The notes under the pieces were generated by a model. It was not told where the DNA came from. It searched no databases and worked only from the letters and a program-made list of their open reading frames with translations. A DNA stretch of 64,000 nucleotides from the human T2T-CHM13v2.0 reference genome, Homo sapiens, in the NCBI RefSeq assembly GCF_009914755.1, contig NC_060927.1. One strand, 5' to 3'. This document shows positions 45,093 through 63,557 of this stretch, in pieces. A program made the position numbers and the translations under genes. Positions within the stretch are counted from its first letter, which is position 1, and the number at the start of each line of letters is the position of its first letter.

Positions 45093-46187
45093 TTAACATA
45101 ACATAGTTAGAGGAGATCTATTATACCTTATGACTGTTAATTAAAAGCCAGGAGGCAGCAGTAAATAAACTGCTGCCTCAATTGTGCAAGTAGTAATAAT
45201 TCAGGTCAGAGGTGCTCAAAGGGAAGACCTGACTTTACACTTTACACTTACCACCACTTACACTTATCTTGATGGTGAGTACAAGACAATGAAGGGAACA
45301 ACAATGGATGGAAAAGAGAAAAGGAACAGTCTCACAATGTTTAGTCTCATCATCAAAAGCTTTTACTACCAGACAGCACTCTTCAAAGAATTATCTGACC
45401 ATTATATGCCTTCCCTATGTCACTCCATACAGCTCTGTCTCCAACAAGCACCAATTTACTGATGACTCAAACCCAGATTTGCCTGCCTAGCAGCCACTGC
45501 AGGGAGCTCAAACTCCACAATGAACTTAATCTCCACACCTCCTCCTCCTCTTTCTTTCATTCCCTAGGCTGAATGATGGGATCTTATCCACCCAAGCTAA
45601 GAATGAGGGTGCAGGCCATCCATGACTCCCTTACTCACTTGTTTGCTAAACCCTCAATCCTGCTTTTCAGTCTTGGCAAGATTCCCCAGCATCTCCAGTC
45701 GTAGTTCCTAACTTTGCCTAACTATTAACACTCTCCAATTTGATTTCACTATTACTGATCTCACCTTTATTAATGAGCCCATTTCACTAGAAGGACACAC
45801 ATTTGACTGTCTGACTCCCTTGCATTAAAACCATTTATTGACTCCCAAGTACCTATTATACAACATTACATTAACCATACTAGCAAAGCACTAAGACTTC
45901 AGACAATTTAAATCTAACCTACTTTTCCATATCTTTGTCTTGCTAACTTCCCTATATGCATCCAAACTCTCACCAAACCAAATTATTTTTCAGTCTCCTA
46001 TATATACTGGCTTGTTCTTTCTTAAGCCTTTGCAAAAAATCACCTTATCTACCTAGCATACTCAGTCCTGGTTACCTATAGGTGAAACTGTACTCCTATA
46101 CATCTCAAACCATGTATCTCTCTGTTCCCAAAGCATTTCATACTTTCTTCTACTATAGCAATTACCCCACTGTATTCTTGCTTTATA

Positions 46188-47346
46188 AACTTAAACATAA
46201 GACCTAAAACCATAAAAAGCCTAGAAGAAAACCTAGGCAATACCATTCAGGACATAGGCATGGGCAAAGACTTCATGTCTAAAACACCAAAAGCAATGGC
46301 AACAAAAGCCAAAATTGACAAATGGGATCTAATTAAACTAAAGAGCTTCTGCACAGCAAAAGAAACTACTATCAGAGTGAACAGGCAACCTACAGAATGG
46401 GAGAAAATTTTTGCAATCTTTCCATCTGACAAAGGGCTAATATCCAGAATCTACAAAGAACTTAAACAAATTTACAAGAAAAAAACAAACAACTCCATCA
46501 AAACGTGGGCATGGATATGAACAGACACTTCTCAAAAAAAGATATTTATGCAGCCAACAAACATATGAAAAAATGATCATCATCACTGGTCATTAGAGAA
46601 ATGCAAATAAAAACCACAATGAGATACCATCTCACGCCAGTTAGAATGGCAATCACTAAAAAGTTGGGAAACAACAGACACTGGAGAGGTTGTGGAAAAT
46701 AGGAATGCTTTTACATTGTTGGTGGGAGTGTAAATTAGTTCAACCATTGTGGAAGACAGTGCGGCAATTCCTCAAGGATCTAGAACCAGAAATACCATTT
46801 GACCCAGCAATCCCATTACTGGGTATATACCACAAGGATTATAAATCATTCTACTGTAAAGACACATGCACACATATTTTTATTGCAGCACTCTTCAAAA
46901 TAGCAAAGACTTGGAACCAACCCAAATGTCCATCAACTATAGACTGGATAAAGAAAAGGTGGCATATATACACCATGGAACACTATGCAGCCATAAAAAA
47001 GGATGAGTTCATGTCTTTTGCAGGGACATGGATAAAGCTGGAGACCATCATTCTCAGCAAAATAACACAAGAGAACCAAAACCAAACACCACACGTTCTT
47101 ACTCATAAGTGGGAGTTGAACAATGAGAACACATGGATACAGGAAGGGGAACATCACACACTGGGGCCTGTCAGGGGGTAGGGGACTAGGGGAGGGATGG
47201 CATTATGAGAAAAACCTCATGTAGGTGATGGGTTGATGGGTGCAGCAAACCACCATGGCACGTGTATACCTATATAACAAAACTGCACGTTCTGCACATG
47301 TACCCCAGAACTTAAAGTATATATATATAAAATAAATAAATAAAAT
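46188..47346 (+). mobile_element. L1PA 3' fragment (end of ORF2, 3'UTR, A tail)
   Basis: ORF2 remnants [34 protein letters not shown] and [16 protein letters not shown]; L1 3'UTR. Confidence 0.95.
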
Positions 47347-47434
47347 AAGCCAATCACAAAAGGCCATATATTGTATTATTTCATTTACATAAAATGCCCA
47401 CAAGAGGCAGATCTATCAAGAAAGAAAATGGATT

Positions 47435-47933
47435 GGCTCATGCCTGTAATCCCAGCACTTTGGGAAGCTGAGGTGGGCAGATCACAAGGTCAGGAGATCG
47501 AGATCATTCTGGCTAACACGGTGAAACCCCATCTCTACTAAAAAATATTTAAAAAATTAGCCATGCGTGGTGGCGGGCGCCTGTAGTCCCAGCTACTCAG
47601 GAGGCTGAGGCAGGAGAATGGCATGACCCGAGAGGCGGAGCTTGCAGTAAGCTGAGATCGCACCACTGCACTCCAGCCTGGGCGACAGAGCGAGACTCCA
47701 TCTCAAAAAAAAAAAGAGAACACATGGACACAGGAAGGGGAACATCACACACCAGGGACTGCTGTGGGGTGGGTTGAAGTGGGAGGGATAGCATTAGGAG
47801 ATATACCTAATGCTAAATGACAAGTTAATGGGTGCAGCACACCAACATGGCACGTGTATACATATGTAACAAACCTGCACATTGTGCACATGTACCCTAA
47901 AACTTAAAGTATAATAATAATAAAATTTAAAAA
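47435..47933 (+). mobile_element. AluY fused to an L1PA 3' end under one TSD (chimeric retroelement)
   Basis: Alu 47435-47715, L1 3'UTR 47716-47933; AAAATGGATT on both outer flanks. Confidence 0.8.
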
Positions 47934-48099
47934 AAAATGGATTAGTGCCTGGGCTAGGAAGTCACTGCAAATGGGTATGAGAGGTCTTATTGGGAGGAGG
48001 AAAATGTTCTAAAACCAGATTATGGTAATGGCTGCATAATTTGGTAAATTACTAAAAGCTATTAAATTGTAAATCTAAAGCGACTAGATTTTATACTAG

Positions 48100-48363
<264 letters not shown>

Positions 48364-49420
48364 GCTGGTTTTTTTGTTTTGTTTTGTTTTTAAAAAGCTT
48401 GTCCAGACTTGTGCTTCTGGTCATGACAGATTAACTGTTAAATGAATTAGCCCTCTCAGAGTTAAAAACTGGAAAACTAGACAAAATACATGAAAAAGGC
48501 AGTTTGCACACACTGGACATTAAGCAGCACTAAACTATGATCCTGAGACAAGGGACAAAATGAGGTAAGCCCTATGATTACCTTGGCTTTTCTGCGTGGA
48601 GAAATTTACCAGACTCTGGGGCAGAGAGGAAAACCCACGCACAGCATGGAGTTCTCAGTGAGCTAAGGAGACAAGGATTGGAATTTAGAGTATCTGAGAT
48701 AAACTATAAGCTAACAATTCTCAGAGCTCACAAAAGGCTGGGAAACATGTGAGCTTCCATCAGCTAAAGTGAAGAGATATCCATTAGATAACCTGTGGCA
48801 TTCAGTGGAGATCCCAGACAGGTGATGCCTTAGGAGATACCCTAGAGAAAAAATTACTCTGGACTCAACCCGACAAAGATTAAGAACAGCCTCTAAAAAA
48901 TCAAGGTGATCCACAAGTAACTTGACTGGCTATCAGAACAAAGCTCAACATTCTTAATGGAAAGTAACAAAATTCTGAAACTCAACAATGTAATGGTCAC
49001 AATGTCCAGTGTTCAACTGAAAATAGCAGGCAACTATTAAAAAGCTATTATAAATGCTCACAGTTATGAAAGAAAACATGAACACAGTGAAGAAATTAAA
49101 ACTACTGGGCCAAAGGGACAGACTCCTGAGAAGCACAGGTGGCATCATGTTCCTGACTGTCCTCCCCAACCACAGTAGCATTCCTGGTGGCAGTAGATTG
49201 GTCATCTGGAGAACCACTACTGGCTGAGCATGCCCTACCTGACCACAGGGCAGGAGTAGGCTACACTGTAGTGCACAGGGCAGAGGCCTTTGAGGCCATG
49301 AAGACAGCCAACACTTCCAAGTTCCCCTCACATAGATTTGTTGTAGACTAGCTCGACCATCTCAATGTCACCAACAAATGGTCCTAACCCTGAACTATCA
49401 AACACCCCCAAACTTTTAAT

Positions 49421-49715
49421 TTTTTTTTTTTTTTTGAGACAAGGTCTCACTCTGTCACCAGGCTGGAGTGCAGTGGCATGATCTTGGCTCACTGCAGCCT
49501 CGACCTCTGGGGCTTAGGTGATCCTCCCACCTAAGCCCTCCAAGTAGCTGGGACTACACATGTGCACCAACATGCCTAATTTTTTTTTTTGCATTTTTTA
49601 ATGGTTTTGCCATGTTGCCCAGTCTGGTCTCAAACTCCTGGGCTTGAGGGATCCACCTGCTTTGGCATCCCAAAGTGCTAGGATTATACAGGTGTGAGCC
49701 ACTGCGTCAAGCCAC
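49421..49715 (-). mobile_element. Alu (AluJ-like) within the MRPL57 retrocopy 3' region
   Basis: Poly-T followed by reverse Alu. Confidence 0.9.
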
Positions 49716-50228
49716 CCTTCAATCTTGTAGATCACAGGGCTGCCCTGTCTTTATCTGGTCATGGAACTCAAACTGTAGCTTCTATAAAAATGTAAGCCTA
49801 TGGATCAGAAACTTATTAAAACACACAAATAAAAAGCAAAAAAAAAAAAACAAAATAAAAAACACACAAATATAAGTATAGTGGTCTGCATATAGAATAC
49901 CTGGGACTCTAACCCCCTTAATACTTAAAAATATAATCACTGTCCTATTGTGTTTCTTGTTTCTTTGACCTGACAGGAAGATATCAGGGATTTCCTGGGG
50001 AACACATGGTATAAAATGTATTTTGAAAAAAGCTACAATAAAGCTACAAACTATGATTTGGGGGTATTTGCTTAAGTATGAGATACTTGATAGGGGCTTT
50101 ATCATGCAAAGTTAGTTTGCTTAACTGCCAACACTTAAATGCAGTTTTTCAGTTAAACATATTCCTAAAAATAGCATTTTATTCTGGGACTTGACTACAA
50201 AAAGCGGACATTTAAATGAAGTAAAAAT

Positions 50229-50556
<328 letters not shown>

Positions 50557-52045
50557 TTATCAGCACTGTTAAAAATAAAAAAGAAATTAAAACTATTAAA
50601 AAATATGCAAATTAAAATTTGAGAGCAGAAAAATATAACTGAAATTTTAAAATGAATCAATGGATGAGCTTAGCTAATTCAATACAGCAGAAGGTAAATC
50701 AGTGAACTTTAAATAGAGGCCAACAGAAACCACGCAAACTGAAGCACAGGGAGAAAAGAGCTGAAAAAAATTTGACAGAGATGTGGTGCTCTGTGAGACA
50801 GTATCAAGCGGTTTAATAACATGTATGTAATTGGAGTCCCAGGAAAAGGGACAATGGTATAAAAAGATATATTTGAAAAAATTTCCATATTTGATGAAAA
50901 CTACCAATCATGGATCTAAAATGTACAAGAATCACAAGCAGATTAAACACAAAGAAAACAAAACCAAGGTATACCACAAACCGCTAAAAACTGTTTATAA
51001 AAGGCAAAATCAAGACATATGGGGGAAAAAGATAATTATATTTTTATTAGAAACTATTATTAAAAAATGGAAACATCTTTTAAGTGTTGAAAGGAAGAAA
51101 ATATAAATTTAGAATTCCATATCCAGTGAGAGTATCTGTCATAATAAACCTGTACATGGATGTTTTTAGTAGCTTTATTTATAATTGCCAAAAGTTGGAA
51201 GCAACCAAGATGTCCTTCAGTAAGTGAATGATAAACAAACTGCGGCGCACTCAGACATTCAGTGCTAAAACGAAATGAGCTATCAGGCCATGAAAAGACA
51301 TGGTGGAAGCCTCAATGCATATTGCTAAGTGAATGAAGCCGATCTGAAAAGGCTACCTACTGTAGCTAACTATATGACATTCTGGAAAAAGCAAAACTAT
51401 GAAGACTGTAAAAAGATCAGTGGTTACCAGGAACTGGGGAAGAGGGATGAGGAGAGAAGGCATGATGAGTAAGCAGCAGCTCAAATGATTTTTAGGGCAG
51501 TGAAACTATTCTGTACGTTACTATGATGCTATATAGATGACACGATACCTTTGTTAAAACCCACAAATGTACAATACCAAGAATGAACCCTAATGTAAAT
51601 TATGGACTTTGGGTGGTAATAATGTGTCATAGTAGATTCATCAATTGTAACAAAGTACCACTCTTGTGCTTTGATGTTGACAGAAAGGGAAGCTTGTGCG
51701 TGTGTAGTGACAGGGGGTATATGGAAACTCTCCGTACTTCCTGTTCAATTTTGCTATGCCAAAACAGAACTAAAATTGCTTTAAAAATAAAGACTACTTT
51801 TTAAAAAGTGGTAAGATAAATACCTTTCTTCAGACAAACAAAAGCTGACAAAATGCATCAACAGTAGATCTGAAATACTAGAAATGTTAAAGGAAATTCT
51901 TTAGGCTAAAGGAAAATGATTCCAGATGGAAATTCAAATCTACATGAGAGAATGAAGAGTGCTGGAAATGGTAAATATGTGGGTAAATATAGGACTTAAT
52001 GGTAGATTGTGATAAGATAAATATGCATACTGTAAACCTTACAAC

Positions 52046-52555
52046 ACTGTTTTTTCAAATGTGTAGGTACAAAGAGTATAAATATCCCTTTATATTCTTA
52101 AAACACTGAGGACCGCAAAGAGCTTTTATTTGTATGGGTTATAGCTATCAAAATTTTTCATATTAGAAATTAAGTTAAACTGAGAAAAAATAAAGCATTA
52201 TTTTAAAATAACATTAGCAAATCTATTATATAACAATACATATAACAATAATATAATTTTTTGTGAAAAGTAACTGTTTTCCAAAACTAAAGCAATTCAG
52301 TTAAGAGTGGCAGTTTTACATTTTGGAAATCTCTTTAAACATCTCGCTTAGAATACAGCTGAAGTCTCATTGCCTTCTGCATTCAAATATGTCATGTGCC
52401 CCCTGGAAAATTCCATGGTATATTTGTGAATGTACCAAATGTGACAGAGGCATGTAATGTTTTCATATTATTATTAAAACAGCTTTGACCTTGTGGCTCC
52501 CTTGAAAGAGTCTTAGGAACCTAGAGGTCCCCACACCAAACTTTGAGAACCACTG
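52046..52555. mobile_element. hAT-Charlie-type DNA transposon remnant
   Basis: Terminal ACTTTGAGAACCACTG typical of the Charlie/MER5 group. Confidence 0.5.
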
Positions 52556-52583
52556 TCTTAAAACCACCACCAAGAAGTAAAGC

Positions 52584-53362
<779 letters not shown>

Positions 53363-54007
53363 CTATAAACATAAGCCTTGAGATAAATTTTACTAAAAAA
53401 AAATTCAAAGGTTTCCCACCATACAAAGGTTCATATTCTTTTACATTTTCAAATCCCCAAGATCTATCCCCAACAATGCCCTTCCAACCTCATGCTGGAT
53501 TACAAGTTTTATGATGCCTATGTTCCCATACAAGTAAACAGAGCTATTCCCCAAACATATCCCGAACACTCCCTTCCTTCCCTGCCTTTGCTCCAGCTTT
53601 CCTTTTAGCCTATCTTTGCTTACTGAAAAATTCCTCATCCTTTAAAGCTCAAATGCCACTTTCTCACAAAGTCCTCCTAACTTTCTCTGGTTGAGTTTCT
53701 TCTATGCTCCCAGGATGAAAAAGCATAACAGAGCTATAAGCAACCATTTGTACCATGCTGAGGAAGCACATGGTGCAGGACTGCCAGTGTAGGCAGGGAC
53801 AGGCTTGAAGGAGAAGTAATCTAGAAGGAGGCTGGCTTGAAGCCTAGGGGAATGTGTGTATCTCCTAAGAACTGAGGGGGACTCAGCTCTTGAGTATAGA
53901 GAAATTAATCTGATTGATTGTATATGTGAATTTCTGACTGAAAACCAAGACCAAATCTTAACACTTGCACTCAAGTAACTAAAGTTATAAGCCCTGTCAT
54001 GGTTTGA

Positions 54008-54410
<403 letters not shown>

Positions 54411-54867
54411 ATGATTATTCTTTTTGGGAGAGAAGACCTCTACCTTTATTTGTTCACAACAGGAAATACATTTGGCAGCTTAATTCTTTCTGCACTCTCA
54501 TTATTATTTGCGGATTTATTTATGTATACATACAATGGCAGAAAAGAATAAAAGTGCCTCTCCAATCTTCTCTAACAACTGAGTGAAGCTGATACCTTTG
54601 AATCTCCATTGGAACTACTACTCTATAACCCCCCGAGGCAGTTAAGAGCTAGTATTAGGAGGAATGTTTTCTCTTTATAATCTCCCGTTCCCTTTCGTTT
54701 TTATACATGTACCTCCCCCAACACACATGAGCATATCAATATATCAGAATTAATTGTGAATTAAGTGTTAGATTTAGTTTAGTGCTCTTTTCCTTCCTAG
54801 GATAGACTATATTTTCTTTTGCAGGCCTCTAAAGTCCTTGTTTGTTGTCTCTACAACAATTTTTAAC

Positions 54868-55060
54868 AATTAGCCAGGCATGGTGGCATGTACCTATAGT
54901 CCTAGCCACTCAGGAGGCTGAGACGAAAGGATTACTTGAGCCTGAGAGTTCGAGGTTACGGTAAGCTATGCTTGCACCACTGTACTCCAGCCTGGGCTAC
55001 AGAGTGAGGGAGACCCTGCCTCTAAAAACAAAGCAAAGCAAATCAAATGACAAAATAAAT
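54868..55060 (+). mobile_element. Alu right-arm fragment
   Basis: ATTAGCCAGGCATGGTGG... through to an A-rich tail. Confidence 0.8.
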
Positions 55061-56629
55061 AAATCCCTCAGTTTACCACTTAACATATAATACCGTACAT
55101 TTTCAAACCTTACCTTCCTATGACCCCTGGGAGCAATAGCCTTGCCTTATACTGTTTTTGTACCCCCAGGTCTGGGCATGGCATTTGTGCTGAATAGGAA
55201 CTCAAATGTCTGATAAATAACCAAAATGTGAAAGAGTGAGATGAAGTTCAGATCTGTGTGTATTTAAAATGTGTATTTAGAGATCCAAAGTTCCAAGCTA
55301 GTAGATTATAATTCAGGCATTGCCTTTTGGATATAATACTTTCAAGAGCCTACTCCCCAGGCACACATGCACCTATGGTAACAGAGGAGTAAAGATCAAA
55401 CATAACCTGACAAATATACTCACTCTGGGTGGTTGGATATAGTAAGGTTTTATGATCATACTTCTCTTACAGTTGATCACAGACAATACTGCCAATTATT
55501 TAGACTTGAATGTGTAATTACCTTGGGACCTTGTATCACTTCAGATTCTGATCTAGCAGGTCTGGGACAGGGAGTGAGACTCTGCATTTTTAACAGGTGG
55601 TGCCTGGTGCTCTTGGGTGCTGAGCAGACCTAACTACTACAATAAGCTCATTGTGAAGGCGCCAGCTCCATGGTCAACCCCTCCAGTCCATCTCCAGCAG
55701 AGAGCCTTGTAAAAGGCAAATGTTACTGATCAAATCACTTTAAAGGTTTCCCTTTCTCACCAGCTAGCCAGAGAATGAACGTCTAATTGTGTAGCATGGC
55801 ACATAAGCTGCCCTTTTACTTGGCCCCTACTTCTCAGCTCCTACTTTGTGCTTGGCTAGTTTGATGACCTGGATTTCCTAACACAGGTCTTCATATAAGA
55901 AAGGCAATTCCTTGAGCATTAAATAAGCAACAGTGAACTTCATGCCCATTCCTCATTCGCTTTGAAAGGCCTAATTTAATATGCATATACTAGACCAAAA
56001 GACTGAATCAAGATTAATAGTTACGGTGCCCATGAACTTGGGCTTTTAAGAAGGGTAAGGCCTCCAACATGCTTTATAAACTTGGCCCCAGAACTCAGCT
56101 GTATTGCTGCACCAGATCTTATCTTAATCCCTTTGTTTATTTTTCAAAAGATATAACTAACACAGTACAGAAGTCTGGAAATGGGAGTTGTGATTTTTGT
56201 TTGTATTTAAGCTTACATATAATTTAAATGTCAAGTGCCTAGCAGTCTTGGGCATATTCCTAAATGATTCAGGAAAACAAGACAGCACAACAGCTGGAGT
56301 GAAGTGGCTAAGTGATTTATGTGATTCATTTGAAATTTAGCAAACTCCACATGGATTGAACGTAAGTGTGTATCTTTTTGCAAATGCCAAACACATGTGA
56401 AAAGAGGAAAATATTTCCTCCAAAAGTGAATAAAATATAAACAAGAATGAATTCATTTCTACTTTAATCCCTTCTCACTCCAGCTCCTTTTCTTCCCTCT
56501 TCCTTCTTCCACCTATTCCCAATAATTTAACCACTGAAGTACTTAATTCTTTTCAAAATTAAAAAAATATTAGTCAGGTTTTAGAACATAAAAATATGAT
56601 ATCTGATTTCATTCAAGACACTTCATACG

Positions 56630-57284
<655 letters not shown>

Positions 57285-57431
57285 GGCAAAGAGAACAAGA
57301 GAGGCCCTGAAGCGATCATAGTAATGGGTGTTTTGAACACCCATCACAATTCTTGGCCATATATCTCCCTCAAATGAGTAAGTAGTTAGTATGCATCTGA
57401 GTCTCTCAATGTCTAAAAAAGGCCATTCTTT

Positions 57432-57869
57432 TTTTTTTTTTTTTTTTTTTTGAAAAGGGATTCAGGGTTGTAATGGGATTATTTTTTATATTTTTTTATT
57501 TTATTATTATTATACTTTAAGTTTTAGGGTAGATGTGCACAACGTGCAGGTTTGTTACATATGTATACATGTGCCATGTTGGTGTACTGCACCCATTAAC
57601 TCGTCATTTAGCATTAGGTATATCTCCTAATGCTATCCCTCCCCCCTCCCCCCCACCCCACAACAGTCCCCAGAGTGTGATGTTCCCCTTCCTGTGTCCA
57701 TGTGTTCTCGTTGTTCAATTCCCACCTATGAGTGAGAACGTGCGGTGTTTGGTTTTTTGTCCTTGCGATAGTTTGCTGAGAATGATGATTTCCAGTTTCA
57801 TCCATGTCCCTACAAAGGACATGAACTCATCATTTTTTATGGCTGCATAGTATTCCATGGTGTATATGT
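57432..57869 (-). mobile_element. 5'-truncated young L1PA 3' end with a short 3' transduction
   Basis: L1 3'UTR at 57482-57869 with GAG (not ACA) at the Ta-diagnostic site; TSD AAAAAGGCCATTCTTT at 57416-57431 and 57870-57885. Confidence 0.92.
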
Positions 57870-58031
57870 AAAAAGGCCATTCTTTCTCCCTGACTTCATC
57901 TCTACACCTTGATACATGCATAGTCACTCACTTATTTTTCAGAATAAAGAAAAAAGAATCCCAAGACCATGCGGGATGGTCTTGGACAGACTCCCAAATG
58001 ATCAGGAAATACATGTGTAAGCCACACTCAC

Positions 58032-58143
58032 CTTCATGGGGTTTTCATCATATGTTGGAGTTCCCAGGTCCATCTCAGCTTCATGCTCAAGGCTGGCATC
58101 ATCTCCTGGGCTTTCCCAAGTAGGAGGATCCCACTGAGTCTGC
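58032..58143 (-). CDS. SETD2: SETD2 exon, second half of WW domain
   Basis: (R)QTQWDPPTWESPGDDASLEHEAEMDLGTPTYDENPMK, 112 nt, GTGAGT donor. Confidence 0.96.
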
Positions 58144-58630
58144 CTAGAAAGAGACAAAAACAGCCATGCTGTCAGGGCTAGGAAACAGAGAATCCTGACA
58201 TAAACATCACTGCTCATACATACATAAAATACAACATACAATAAGACATAGAATAAGTCAGCTCCATGAGTTAAAGACAAACTTTTTCTATCTTCCTAAC
58301 AGCAATGATTCTAGCACAGAGATATGCCCCTCTTCAATGACTGTATTTCTGTGGGCAATGATGTGGCAACACTGACTGGGTGTCAAAGAGAGCAGTAAAC
58401 CCAAACATCCTGTCTGTCTCTCACCTGACTCTTAATGTCATGCAAATAAGACTGGGCAAAGCCTAAAATGTACAGGAAATAGGTCCCTGCCTATGTCACC
58501 CCTCTGTAGATGAAGAGGTAAACAGTGACTGTACCTAGCATATAAATGGAGCAAAATAAATCATGTAACACCTCTCACAGTCCTTGACCACGTGAGAAAA
58601 TTATCCCTTGCTTTAGGAGTTTTCTTTTTA

Positions 58631-59008
<378 letters not shown>

Positions 59009-59579
59009 ACTTGTACCCTCTGCTAAAAATATTCCCGACCGACTGCAAAAAGAAGGTTTCGGCCATGTTAACCCTTTAAATGTTTACAGTCATTTTGAAA
59101 ATAAGCAAGCAAAGATTTTTCTTTTTTAAAAAAGATCTGTAGGATAAAAAGTGGAAGTAAGGATATTCACGTTCAGGAGTCTGAAGCCAGCTGTAACAGA
59201 GAATGTTATGAGGACAGTGACTTAAAATGTCAAAAGCCTCAAAGGATCTAACAAATCTGGCAGGTCAGTCTTGTCACTACAGTCTTCTGCTTTACCACCA
59301 CATCAATCTTCAGTCAACAACATAACAACATTAAAGACACTTGATATAAATCAGTGTATATACATATATATAGACTATTGTAAAAATAGGCTTACCTCTG
59401 ACCTATGGAACTCATTTATTTTAAAAGGCTCAAGATTTCTACCATAATAAAAGAACCACAAGCAGCTAAGGATGTTATTATAGAAACTGAACAAATATAT
59501 ACATGTCTGTTCTTAGCTACCAGATAAAGAAAACCTAGAAAAGATGGGAAAGGTACACATATAAATAAGAAATACAAAC

Positions 59580-61241
<1,662 letters not shown>

Positions 61242-61496
61242 AAAAGGAACTTATACATACTTCTTTTTGTGAGAGTCCAAATTGATACAAACTATTGTTT
61301 AATGGTAAGCTGACAATATTTCTCAATTTAAAATGTGTACCTGTTTTGCCCAACAATTCCACTTCTAAGTACCCTCTCGAAGAAGTAGTAAGATTAGTGT
61401 CCCTAAGGATGCCCAAGGTTATAGTTAGATATAAAATAGTGAAGACCTATCAATGAGAGTGAGTTAAATACAATTTGATATAGCTATACAATAGAG

Positions 61497-61697
61497 CAGG
61501 GGTTGGCAAACTTTCTCTGTAAATGATTAGATGATAAATATTTTGACCTGTGGGCCAAATGGTTTCTATCACAACTACTCTGTCATTGTAGTGTGAAAGC
61601 AACCATAGACAATTTGTAAGCAAATGTGCATGGTTGTGCTCCAATAAAACTTTATTTGCCAAAACAAGTGGCCTGTGGGCATAGTTTGCCAGCCCTG
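61497..61697 (+). mobile_element. MER58A-like hAT-Charlie element
   Basis: Terminal inverted repeats CAGGGGTTGGCAAACT ... AGTTTGCCAGCCCTG. Confidence 0.8.
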
Positions 61698-61734
61698 CAG
61701 CAAAGTATAAACAATTACTAAAACTAACAGTTGT

Positions 61735-61890
61735 AGCTGGGTGTGGTGCCTCACGCCTGTCATCCCAGCATTTTGGGAGGCTTAGGTGGGAGGATCGCTT
61801 GAAGCCAGGAGTTCGTGCAGATCAGTCTGGGCAACAAAGAAAGACTCTGTCTCTACAAAAAAAAGAAAAAAAAAATTTTAAAGAAAAAAT
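61735..61890 (+). mobile_element. Alu left monomer (FLAM-like)
   Basis: Single Alu arm plus A tail. Confidence 0.8.
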
Positions 61891-62448
61891 TCCATAGTTC
61901 TATGTTAATTGATAAAGCTCTATGAAATAGATTAGTAAATAAAGCAGACTACAAAAACATCTATCTTAACAATTTACGTAAGATTATATAGATGGGTGTA
62001 TATATACACACACACACACACAGAGACACACACACACAAAGTACATATACCCACATAAAGCTATCTGTCTAAACGGTATTTTTTAAAAACATTAAATGAG
62101 TTATCTCTGAGTAGTGGCAGTTCCAGGAATTATACTTCCTTTTTTAGTACTTTTCTACTATATTTGCTTTCTACAGTAAGCATAAATAATGTGTGTCAAG
62201 GATAAACAATCTAGCTATTTAATTTGGAAATAGAAAAGCGCTGTCCGTAAAAAAAATTGAACAGCAGAGTTGAGTAGCTATGATATAGACTGCTTGGCTG
62301 GCAAAACCTAAAATGTTTATTTTCTGGCCTTTTACAGAAAAGATCTGTCTATGACCCCTGATACTTATACAATATTAGATGAAGGAGCATTTAAAAAATC
62401 TCCTCAGCTTTCTCCAAGAGTCTTGCAGATTAGAAATACACCAAAACT

Positions 62449-62864
<416 letters not shown>

Positions 62865-62929
62865 TTATAGTGGCAACTTCTTTGATTAAGTAAAAGCAGA
62901 CATGGGAACGCCCATACAGCTCCTCTTAC

Positions 62930-63069
62930 CTTGTGATCACATGGTAGTAATAAATCTTCCCTTCTGGATCTCGAGCTGTCTTCCAGTTGGGAGGTAAGAC
63001 AATGGTTTTTGGTTTGGGAGGAGAGGGGGGCGGCAGATCCAAGAGATTATTTGTCACAACCATTTCAGA
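62930..63069 (-). CDS. SETD2: SETD2 exon, first half of WW domain; the gene continues beyond the window
   Basis: SEMVVTNNLLDLPPPSPPKPKTIVLPPNWKTARDPEGKIYYYHVIT(R), 140 nt, GTAAG donor. Confidence 0.96.
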
Positions 63070-63557
63070 CTACAAAGAAAACACACACATTTTTGATCAG
63101 TGATCTCTCTCTTAATCTGGCTGAATAGGACAAAATAGCCCACTTAAATATGTAAAAATGTACATCTACCTCCTCTTAAAAAAAGGATAAAGGAAAGGTA
63201 CAGTCTGGGAAATAAGGGACAGTATATATAAAGAGGTTTACAGAGCTATCAGAAAATTGACAGTTGGCTCTAAGTTTACCATCCAAGATACCATATAGTT
63301 TATCATATAGAGCAGCATTTTTCAACTTTAAAACACCAATTCTAAGGCATATCAACTGCAGGATACCAATTAACTAAATGGGATACAGAAATATCTTTAT
63401 CTTTAAAAAAAAAAAAAAAGAAAAACCAAAAAACCCCCTGAGAAGCAAATATGACAGAATGTTAACATTATCCATTATATTTTTTCCGTACTTGAAACCT
63501 CAAAACTATAAAATATTAGTGCCACATTCTGAAAAACATAAAAACCTCATAATCACT

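Noticed and set aside
46260-47181. ORFs resembling the L1 ORF2 C-terminus as an active element
   Set aside because: 5'-truncated fragment with stops and frameshifts; cannot be autonomous.
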